Source of the DNA: Syntrophobacterales bacterium
Lineage (GTDB): Bacteria; Desulfobacterota; Syntrophobacteria; BM002
Assembly (NCBI GenBank): GCA_050124835.1
Contig: JASFEM010000001.1
Coordinates: forward strand, 15,280 to 79,279
DNA length: 64,000 nucleotides
Reading direction: 5' to 3'
The position numbers and the translations under genes are program-made. A model generated the notes under the pieces. The model did no database searches. It had not been told where the DNA came from and worked only from the letters and a program-made list of their open reading frames with translations. Below, in pieces: positions 29,108 to 36,470 of this stretch. The stretch's first letter is position 1. Each line of letters begins with the position of its first letter.

Positions 29108-30298
29108 ATGAAACCGTTATATATGATAATCATCGCCCTGGTATTGGTCCTCTTGGTCTACCATCAGGTCACTGGAGAAATGGAAAAACAGATTCAGGAT
29201 AAACCCGAGAACACCAAGGAGGCATATTTTGCCGGCGGCTGTTTCTGGTGCACCGAAGCCGATTTTGAGAAAGTTGACGGCGTCATCGACGCTATCTCGG
29301 GTTACACTGGGGGCAACATTGCCAATCCCACCTACAAGCAGGTCTCCAAAGGCGGAACCGGGCACGTGGAGGCCGTGAAAGTGGTATACGACCCCACCAA
29401 GGTCACCTATGAGGAGTTGCTCGAGGTGTTCTGGATGCATGTGGATCCCACCGATGGAGACGGACAGTTTGTGGATCGCGGCTCCCAGTATCGTAGTGTT
29501 ATCTTTTACAGTAACGAACAAGAGCACCGTTTGGCTGAAGCCTCTAGGAAACGATTGGCGGCTTCGGGCCGCTTCGACAAGCCGATAGCGACCGATATCC
29601 TTCCGCTGGGCCCCTTTTACCCGGCTGAGGACTACCACCAGGATTACTACAAAAGAAATTCCATCCGCTACCGCTGGTACCGTCACGGCTCTGGCCGGGA
29701 CCAATTCCTGAAAAATGTATGGGAAGACAAGGAGTCAGATATGAAACCGCAAGCCAAAAAGGTTGAGATGGAAGATGAAATAAAGGAGAGTCGAATGAGC
29801 GCTGACAAGATAAAAGAAAAGACCGACGCCCGTATGGCATCTGACATGGAAGCCGGCCGGATGTACAACCGTCCCGGCGAGGAAGAGCTGCGTCGGCAAT
29901 TGACGCCCATGCAATACAAGGTCACCCAAAAAGACGGTACGGAGCCACCCTTCAAAAACGCTTACTGGAATAATCACGAGATGGGCATCTACGTGGACAT
30001 TGTCTCGGGGGAGCCTCTTTTCAGCTCGAAGGATAAGTTCGACTCTGGTACGGGCTGGCCCAGCTTCACCAAGCCTTTGGAGCCAGATAATATAGTGGAG
30101 AAGACGGACCGGAGTTTTTTTATGACTCGTATCGAGGTACGGAGCAAGCATGGCGACTCGCACCTCGGTCATGTATTCAACGACGGCCCCGAGCCCACGG
30201 GTCTGCGCTACTGCATCAACTCGGCCGCCCTAAGATTCATTCCCGAGTCGGACTTGGAAAAGGAAGGCTACGAAATATACCGGAAGCTGTTCGAGTGA
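29108..30298 (+). CDS. msrAB: Bifunctional peptide-methionine sulfoxide reductase MsrA/MsrB fusion with an N-terminal membrane anchor.
   Basis: MsrA GCFWC motif and MsrB motifs (CINSAAL, HLGHVF). Confidence 0.92.
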   Translation: MKPLYMIIIALVLVLLVYHQVTGEMEKQIQDKPENTKEAYFAGGCFWCTEADFEKVDGVIDAISGYTGGNIANPTYKQVSKGGTGHVEAVKVVYDPTKVTYEELLEVFWMHVDPTDGDGQFVDRGSQYRSVIFYSNEQEHRLAEASRKRLAASGRFDKPIATDILPLGPFYPAEDYHQDYYKRNSIRYRWYRHGSGRDQFLKNVWEDKESDMKPQAKKVEMEDEIKESRMSADKIKEKTDARMASDMEAGRMYNRPGEEELRRQLTPMQYKVTQKDGTEPPFKNAYWNNHEMGIYVDIVSGEPLFSSKDKFDSGTGWPSFTKPLEPDNIVEKTDRSFFMTRIEVRSKHGDSHLGHVFNDGPEPTGLRYCINSAALRFIPESDLEKEGYEIYRKLFE

Positions 30299-30318
30299 TG
30301 AGAACTGGGGAGTTTCGC

Positions 30319-30609
30319 ATGAAAGTATTTACGACAATACTCATGAGTTTTTTGCTTGTCGGATATATCTGGGCAGGGGCGGTTCATTCAAATGAGCCGT
30401 CCCTTGCCAAAATCGTCTTTTACGTTAGCTGATACGATGTGGGCAAATCAGCCCTGGAGGGGCTGAAAGGTATAAAAGAAGTAAGCAATGGTTTTCGCGG
30501 GTTCCGGGAGATCAACACCGTGACCTACGACCCGAGCGTAATCACGGCGGATGAGATGGTATCGGCCCTGGAAGCGGCCGGCACCTATCTCGGACTGGCG
30601 GAGGATTGA
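30319..30609 (+). other. Secreted HMA-fold-like small ORF interrupted by an in-frame TGA at 30430-30432. Either a pseudogene or UGA recoding (selenocysteine).
   Basis: Signal peptide MKVFTTILMSFLLVGYIWAGAVHS, then ...KIVFYVS-TGA-YDVGKSALEGLKGIKEV...TVTYDPSVITADEMVSALEAAG (HMA-like beta-alpha-beta-beta-alpha-beta pattern). A 7-bp hairpin TCAGCCC-TGGAG-GGGCTGA sits 15 nt downstream of the TGA. Confidence 0.4.
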
Positions 30610-30839
30610 TTCCAGTATTGAACGAGGGTGACTATGGTGCATTTTTTTTATTGCACTGCATCTGTTTTTGTTCTTTTCTTTAACCTACCGTTTCTTCAAA
30701 TTAAATTCTTTTGCCACCCTAATTCTGCAGTATTTTACCTGCAGCCTATCCAGGCAATTTTGATCCTACCCTTCTTTCTCGTCTAGGTAATTATTAACAA
30801 TATTAATAGCTTATATTTTCGATCTCTTTCAGTTTCTTC

Positions 30840-30855
30840 TGGCACATCCCTTGCG
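30840..30855 (+). promoter_or_regulatory. Sigma-54 (-24/-12) promoter: TGGCAC-N5-TTGC.
   Basis: cTGGCACatcccTTGCg matches the consensus exactly, about 65 nt upstream of the receiver ORF. Confidence 0.65.
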
Positions 30856-30920
30856 TTCAGGGTGCGCCACACTCATTCATTAGCCAGAAAAATGTTTGGA
30901 AGGAAGATTCCACAAGAGCC

Positions 30921-31277
30921 GTGGCCAAATCACTCGTGTTGCATGAAGAATCTGATTGTCGTGAACTGATCAAGAGGGTCCTGCTAGAGAACGGCCATGA
31001 AGTGGTTGCTTTCGATGAGCCGGAAGAGGCCCTCGCCTGGACGCGTTCCAACCCCGTGGATCTGGCTATCGTTAGCTTGGAGTCGAGTGTAAGTCAGAAT
31101 GACGTTTGGCAGCAACTGAAACATTTTAACAAGAATCTCAAAATCCTTATCCTGACTAGATTCGCCGCTAAAGATTCGGCCAAGAGGGCGCTGGAAGAAG
31201 GCGCCGATGATTATCTCCTCAAGCCTATCGACATAGAGGCATTGGAAACCAAGGTAAAAAGCCTGAAAGAAGACTAA
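30921..31277 (+). CDS. Stand-alone CheY-like receiver with an atypical acidic pocket (DD replaced by HE). It has a GTG start.
   Basis: 118 aa. SLVLHEESD, VDLAIVS, ILILT and LLKP receiver landmarks. Paralog of the receiver at 39092-39457. Confidence 0.6.
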   Translation: MAKSLVLHEESDCRELIKRVLLENGHEVVAFDEPEEALAWTRSNPVDLAIVSLESSVSQNDVWQQLKHFNKNLKILILTRFAAKDSAKRALEEGADDYLLKPIDIEALETKVKSLKED

Positions 31278-31476
31278 TCTCGTTCGGTATTTGATGACTA
31301 GTACAGCTTGATATAGTTGTCTATTTAATCGTTGGTATCGTCTGCACTGAATTGGGTGCAATTTTAGCAATTAAATATTTGAAACTTAGTCAATGAAATC
31401 GAAAAAGTTTTATAGGAAGGAGGTGTCAGTCGTTCTTTTTTTGTTCCCATATTATAAAACAATGAAGGAGGAAACC

Positions 31477-33168
31477 GTGAAGAAAGTATCTTTCGTATTG
31501 ACCCTATTGATTGTCGGAATTGCCCTCATGGCTGCGGTTCCCAACAGCGCCCTGGCAGCAGCAAAAATCTCTGCTACCGAATATAAAGTTGGGGATACTG
31601 TCACTATAGAGGGAAGCATCGAGCCCGGCAAAGATCTCTACGTCACCGTAGTCTCGCATACCACGTTTGCACCTAAAGACACGGATGGTGTACACGAGGT
31701 GGCTCGGCTCAAGAAAGAGGCCCAAAAAAGAGGCTTCACCAATGAGACTAGGATACCTGTCTTTTATTACCTGCTAACCTCCAATCCCTCGCAATTTGGA
31801 AAGGTTACCAAGAAAAAATTTGGTGGGCCATCCTTCCTGCCGGGACTCTACAGCACAACCATGTTCAAGCTGGCAAAGTTTGACCAGCTTGATGCTGAGG
31901 CCAAGAATGTTTTGGGCCCCATCAAAAGCAAAGATGAGTGGAATTTCTTCAGATTCGCCCACGAATCTGCCTATGGCATCAACACCATTACCAAGGAAGG
32001 AGCCAAGAGAGGAAAAATCGTAATATTTGCCCGTAGTATCCTGGGAGATTACGGCACAAGCAAGAATTACTGGGACAAGGGCACGTCAGTTCAGTTGGAC
32101 AAGAGCACTGGAAAATTCACGGCCTCTTTCAAAACTTTCCGTCACACCCCGCCTAACAGCAAGTTTGACGTCTATGTGAACGGTGCCAAGGCCGGAACAT
32201 ATAACTTGCAGCCGAAAGGCTTCTGGCTGAGCAGGGGTTACCGTTACATGAACCCGATCATAATCACACTCGGCGCCATTGTTGTTGGTATTTTCTTCAC
32301 CATGATCGGCGCCGCCGGCGGCATGCTCATGGCGGCCTATCAGGTCATCGTTGTTCAGACCGCCGGTCCTATCGGCATTAACGCTGCCAACGTGCTGCGC
32401 TCATCGAACATAGCTTTGACCCTGTTCGCGCCACTGGGCGCTTTTTACCGGTACGCTGTGGTGGAGAAGCGGGTTGCCTGGCCTGTTGGTATCTCTTTTG
32501 GTGTGGGAATTTTGATCGGCTCCATCTGGTTGGGGAAATATGCAACTGCATACCTGCCCATGAAAAGCTATAAGGAGTGGTTGGCGGTTCTGGTTGTGAT
32601 CATGGGTATCAGAACCCTTTATGAGCTCACACCCAAGGTCATGGAAAAGAGGAAAGCCATCAAAGCGATGGTCAAAAAGTTTAATGAAGAGGTTGCACGG
32701 GCAAAAGCTGAAGGGCGCGCCGTTGAAATGGGTAAAATTGAAACGGTTAAGACCGGTCTTACTAGTTATCATTTCAAGTTTTGGGGTGAAGACTTCAGTA
32801 TTAACCCATTGCTCTTCGGTATCCTTGGCATAGTAATCGGGATAGTCTCTCGCTCGTTCGGTATCGGCGGCGGCTTCCTATTGGTGCCCGCCATGACCAC
32901 CCTGGGTGCTCTGCCCATGTACGTGGCCGTGCCTGTTGGGCTGATTGGTACTTCCTTCAGCAGCATCGGTTCCTTTATCGGCTACGCCATGAACAGGTAC
33001 TGGCCCGACTTGTGGATATTCATTGCCGTTATCATTGGTGGCTTTGTCGGGGGCATGCTTGGCAGTCGCTTCCAGAAGCTTTTCAGTGAGAGAGTCCTGA
33101 AGTGGGTGTTGGCAATTACCCTATTTTTCCTTTTCTTCCGCTTTTTCAAGATCGAAATCTGGATCTAG
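31477..33168 (+). CDS. TauE/SafE (DUF81) family membrane transporter fused to a roughly 270-aa N-terminal secreted domain of unknown function.
   Basis: An AAGGAGG RBS precedes the GTG start, giving MKKVSFVLTLLIVGIALMAAVPNSALA. An Lys-rich soluble domain is followed by two TauE-type 4-TM repeats with Gly-rich motifs (GAAGGMLM, GIGGGFLLVP). Confidence 0.7.
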   Translation: MKKVSFVLTLLIVGIALMAAVPNSALAAAKISATEYKVGDTVTIEGSIEPGKDLYVTVVSHTTFAPKDTDGVHEVARLKKEAQKRGFTNETRIPVFYYLLTSNPSQFGKVTKKKFGGPSFLPGLYSTTMFKLAKFDQLDAEAKNVLGPIKSKDEWNFFRFAHESAYGINTITKEGAKRGKIVIFARSILGDYGTSKNYWDKGTSVQLDKSTGKFTASFKTFRHTPPNSKFDVYVNGAKAGTYNLQPKGFWLSRGYRYMNPIIITLGAIVVGIFFTMIGAAGGMLMAAYQVIVVQTAGPIGINAANVLRSSNIALTLFAPLGAFYRYAVVEKRVAWPVGISFGVGILIGSIWLGKYATAYLPMKSYKEWLAVLVVIMGIRTLYELTPKVMEKRKAIKAMVKKFNEEVARAKAEGRAVEMGKIETVKTGLTSYHFKFWGEDFSINPLLFGILGIVIGIVSRSFGIGGGFLLVPAMTTLGALPMYVAVPVGLIGTSFSSIGSFIGYAMNRYWPDLWIFIAVIIGGFVGGMLGSRFQKLFSERVLKWVLAITLFFLFFRFFKIEIWI

Positions 33169-33184
33169 AGGACTGACAAAAAAA

Positions 33185-33218
33185 TGGGAAGGGGAAGGAG
33201 CAGTTTCCTTCCCCTTCC
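33185..33218. terminator. Perfect 14-bp-stem hairpin (GGGAAGGGGAAGGA...TCCTTCCCCTTCCC), possibly a bidirectional terminator.
   Basis: The inverted repeat is read directly. A-rich sequence lies on one side and T-rich sequence on the other. Confidence 0.5.
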
Positions 33219-33241
33219 CAAAAAAGAAAGAGTTAACTGAA

Positions 33242-33886
33242 ATGGAAGAATTTCTAGATACTTTGTGGTTTAGAATAGAAGTCTTAATTGATTATCTGAG
33301 AAGCTTTCTTGATTTCTTATTCGGCCCTCTCAATTCTTTGGGGCCGGCCGTTGCCATAGCAACGATGGCCTTGATCACGGTTGCAGTAACAAAGTACTTT
33401 ACCAAGAAGTTTAAAACCAAGCGATACAGAGAGTTAAAAAAGGAGTTTGCCCATTGGTACAATGTCCGTCAAGAGGCGACAAGATGTGAAGATTACGAAA
33501 AAGGAAAGCTTCTTGCCAAAAATATAGACAGTGCCAAGTTAAACAAGGTCTATTACGACTTCTTTCTTGAGGGGCTTTTGAACAATGTCTTAACGATGTA
33601 TTTACCCATTTTACTTGTTTTGGCTTATGTCAACGAGACTTACAACAGTGCTCATTTACTCAAGCTATTTGGGCGAGAATATGTATTCAGGCTCTGGAGC
33701 TTTAATGGAGACACGCTCGCTGTGGGAGCTGCTTTCTGGTTTGTCCTTTCCCTTTTGCTCATTTATCTGTGCTGGTTCATAGTAGAAAAGATATATGTAA
33801 AATTTGTAGTTGAAAAAAGAAACAACCGGGTACCGTATTGGGGGGCGAAGAGCCAGTTTTATGAGCAGTATCGTGACGCAGGCTAA
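33242..33886 (+). CDS. Hypothetical membrane protein (214 aa). TM segments flank a charged coiled-coil segment.
   Basis: Hydrophobic segments with a KKFKTKRYRELKKEF charged stretch. No confident family assignment. Confidence 0.5.
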   Translation: MEEFLDTLWFRIEVLIDYLRSFLDFLFGPLNSLGPAVAIATMALITVAVTKYFTKKFKTKRYRELKKEFAHWYNVRQEATRCEDYEKGKLLAKNIDSAKLNKVYYDFFLEGLLNNVLTMYLPILLVLAYVNETYNSAHLLKLFGREYVFRLWSFNGDTLAVGAAFWFVLSLLLIYLCWFIVEKIYVKFVVEKRNNRVPYWGAKSQFYEQYRDAG

Positions 33887-33895
33887 CCCGTCGCT

Positions 33896-34270
33896 CTAGA
33901 AGAGATGGTAACCAACAAGGAAGATTCCCAGCAATTCACCCAAACCTGCCGACAGGTGAAAGTGTCTTTCCTCAATATTTCTTGCCAGATGACCACAGAT
34001 TACCACAAAGCCGACAATTATGATTGCGACCATCGGCCAGCCCATTGCCAGCTCGAACCAAGACAATATCCATTTGGCAGTGAGGACGGCCACCGACCCC
34101 ATGGCGATACCCTGGATTAAGGGAACAAGGTATTTGGATATCCAGCTGAAACGCTCGAAAGGACTCACTAGAGGGGTGAGGATTATTCCACTGATCGCTC
34201 CAGCGACCAGTTTTCCATTTAGCAGTGCCAGGACCAATGCTACTCCATAACCTATGAATAGTCTCATCAC
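33896..34270 (-). CDS. Small hypothetical membrane protein (124 aa, roughly 4 TM).
   Basis: Strongly hydrophobic ORF on the opposite strand between plus-strand genes. Confidence 0.45.
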   Translation of the reverse strand: MMRLFIGYGVALVLALLNGKLVAGAISGIILTPLVSPFERFSWISKYLVPLIQGIAMGSVAVLTAKWILSWFELAMGWPMVAIIIVGFVVICGHLARNIEERHFHLSAGLGELLGIFLVGYHLF

Positions 34271-34366
34271 TATGTGCTCTGGTGGGATTACATTTTGACA
34301 ACCACAAAAATTCTATAGTATTTAGAAAGCTACGTCTAGTTTCCAATTTCGAGGAGGTCCTCCGTC

Positions 34367-34504
34367 ATGTGTAGCCGAGAGAAAACTCTCTGTATGTTTC
34401 CCGAAAAGTTGAAAGAGAAACCAAAAGCATGCACTCCGGAACAGATCAAGGAGTGCCATGGCGATGACAAGAACCATCCCTGCGTCTCTGAGAAGAAAAG
34501 CTAG
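34367..34504 (+). CDS. Small Cys-rich peptide (45 aa: MCSREKTLCMFPEKLKEKPKACTPEQIKECHGDDKNHPCVSEKKS).
   Basis: Perfect GAGGAGG RBS 6 nt upstream. The peptide has five Cys and sits 40 nt upstream of the TauE/SafE gene. It is missing from the ORF track because it is under 60 aa. Confidence 0.5.
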   Translation: MCSREKTLCMFPEKLKEKPKACTPEQIKECHGDDKNHPCVSEKKS

Positions 34505-34544
34505 CACAGTCTCCCGCTAAGAGGGTGAAATAGGTCCTACTCTC

Positions 34545-35297
34545 ATGTCCTGGTTCCTGCTCATGCCTATCATCTTTGCGAGCTCGCTTGTTCTCACCAT
34601 GGTGGGCCTAGGGGGTGGGCTCATCTTCTCCCCCCTATTTGTTCTCCTTTCCTTCCCGGTCTCCACGGCGGTCTCTGCCTCTCTTTTTCTGAACGGCATC
34701 GCTGCTCTGTCCGCGGCCATTACCTATTTTCGCAAGAAAATGATAGACGTGCAGGTTGGGGGGCCCCTCATCCTTGCCTCAGCCCTGGCCGCTCCTCTGG
34801 GTGCGCTTACCACCTCCAGGGTAAATATCAAGATCTTTACTGCCATTCTGGCAGGGGTGATCTTTCTGGCTTCTCTGCGCATGCTCTTCTCAGGCAAAAT
34901 AGAGGCTGCGACTGAGGAGGTCGGTACCAGGAGGAGGGTCATTGGCGGTGGTGCCATTGGCTTGGTTATTGGCTTCATGGCAGGGCTTCTAGGAATCGGT
35001 GGTGGGGTTTTCATTGTCCCCTTACTGATTTACATCTTGAGGGTACCCACAAAGATCGCGGCCGCCACCTCCATCTTTATCGTGGTCTTTTCCTCATGTA
35101 GCGGCTTCATTACCCATGCGTCTTTGGCTAGGGCCGACTGGAATTTCATCTTGGTGGCTGCCTGCTTCTCCTTTGCCGGCGGTCAGGTGGGCTCGCGAAT
35201 CATGGCAGAGAAGCTCAAAGGAAGGACCGTGCGGAGGCTCTTCGGAATTGTGCTCTTGGCTTTTGCCTTTAAGCTGATTCAGCGGGTGTGGTGGTAA
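34545..35297 (+). CDS. TauE/SafE (DUF81) family membrane transporter (sulfite/anion exporter family).
   Basis: 250 aa with duplicated 4-TM repeats carrying GLGGGLIFSPL and GIGGGVFIVPLL motifs. Confidence 0.85.
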   Translation: MSWFLLMPIIFASSLVLTMVGLGGGLIFSPLFVLLSFPVSTAVSASLFLNGIAALSAAITYFRKKMIDVQVGGPLILASALAAPLGALTTSRVNIKIFTAILAGVIFLASLRMLFSGKIEAATEEVGTRRRVIGGGAIGLVIGFMAGLLGIGGGVFIVPLLIYILRVPTKIAAATSIFIVVFSSCSGFITHASLARADWNFILVAACFSFAGGQVGSRIMAEKLKGRTVRRLFGIVLLAFAFKLIQRVWW

Positions 35298-35323
35298 GCT
35301 TGATTTACTGGCAGACCCTTTTC

Positions 35324-36457
35324 TCATTTGGAGGAGTTCAGATATTCGAAGTACTTCTGGACAAATTTTCCCGAAACCGCATCTGCCAGCGTGAAGACGA
35401 GTCTCCTTTCGACTGCATTAGACGTGGTGAGGGCGTGAAACATATTCTCAGAAGTCCTAGCCAGTACTGCATCCACTTGATCATAGTCGAGCCTGGCACC
35501 ATCTGCCGCCACCTCACCTTGATCAGCAAAGATTCGGACCTTACCCTCATGGGAAACAGGTAGGCCATAGAGCCTACACGCAGTCGGTCGTATGGGGTAT
35601 ACGGTACATCTGGAGTTAACATTAAGGGGGCACCTTATCTCTTCTTGAGCATATATCTCAGCGAACTTGTGCGAATCATCCTTAGTTTCGCTACCAGCCC
35701 GCAGCCTTTTCTCAAGATCTCCAATCTTTTTCGACACTCCCACCGCCCGTTGGATCGCCTCCTTGCGCTCAGTGCTGGTGAGGTGAAGGCTCATCTTGTG
35801 GTTTAGATAGGCCGCTTCTATAAACTGAAGATCAACCGGTCGGTAGCAGCACGCTTCACTTTCCAGACCGCAACTCAAGAGTCCCCCACCGGTGGTTTCG
35901 GCAGTTCTCTGAAACGCATGATCAATGAGATTTAAGAGAGTTTCATACTCTTGGAAGTACGGGTTCAAATCAGCGATGGGTCCGTTATCCAAAGAAGGTT
36001 GCCGGAATTCTAAGGTCCCAGCCTGCTTGTGGTATTTTCTCAACAATCGCCACTGAGAGAAACTACTGGAGACAGCCCGCGTTTCCTCGACCCTCTTTCT
36101 GGCCAGCTTCAAGCCATATCCTTTTCGAAGCAGATAGGCCATAACAAAGGTCGCTGTTCTGCCAATCCCAAAACGGCAATGGACGAGAACCTTCTTTCCC
36201 AGATAAAGGGCCTCGTCCAGCCAATCCAGCGCCTTTTCAAGCTCATCCATAGAAGGCACTTCATTATCGCAGGTGGGCAGATAGTACACTTCAAAGTCAT
36301 ACTCTTTTTGAATTTCATGAAGATTACAGAATTCTCCACATAGGTTCACAATAGCATTGATCCCTTGTTGTCTCATTGATTCCATTTCTCCATGAGACAA
36401 GGGAGCGTGGCCGAGACCAAGGCTCTCTGTCAACCAGGAAATGAGATAATCTGTCAT
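35324..36457 (-). CDS. Dual-specificity protein phosphatase domain fused to a YkgJ/UPF0153 (CxxCxxCC) putative Zn/Fe-chelating domain.
   Basis: DSP signature VLVHCRFGIGRTATF (HCxxGxxR). The C-terminus has CGLESEACCYRP...CPLNVNSRCTVYPIRPTACRLYG. Confidence 0.75.
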   Translation of the reverse strand: MTDYLISWLTESLGLGHAPLSHGEMESMRQQGINAIVNLCGEFCNLHEIQKEYDFEVYYLPTCDNEVPSMDELEKALDWLDEALYLGKKVLVHCRFGIGRTATFVMAYLLRKGYGLKLARKRVEETRAVSSSFSQWRLLRKYHKQAGTLEFRQPSLDNGPIADLNPYFQEYETLLNLIDHAFQRTAETTGGGLLSCGLESEACCYRPVDLQFIEAAYLNHKMSLHLTSTERKEAIQRAVGVSKKIGDLEKRLRAGSETKDDSHKFAEIYAQEEIRCPLNVNSRCTVYPIRPTACRLYGLPVSHEGKVRIFADQGEVAADGARLDYDQVDAVLARTSENMFHALTTSNAVERRLVFTLADAVSGKFVQKYFEYLNSSK

Positions 36458-36470
36458 TTTCTCTATACCC

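Noticed and set aside
33905-34346. Alternative ORFs 33905-34120 (+), 34020-34250 (+) and 33972-34346 (-) overlapping the 124-aa membrane protein
   Set aside because: Only the 33896-34270 minus-strand frame gives a coherent multi-TM hydrophobic protein. The others are compositionally odd shadow frames.
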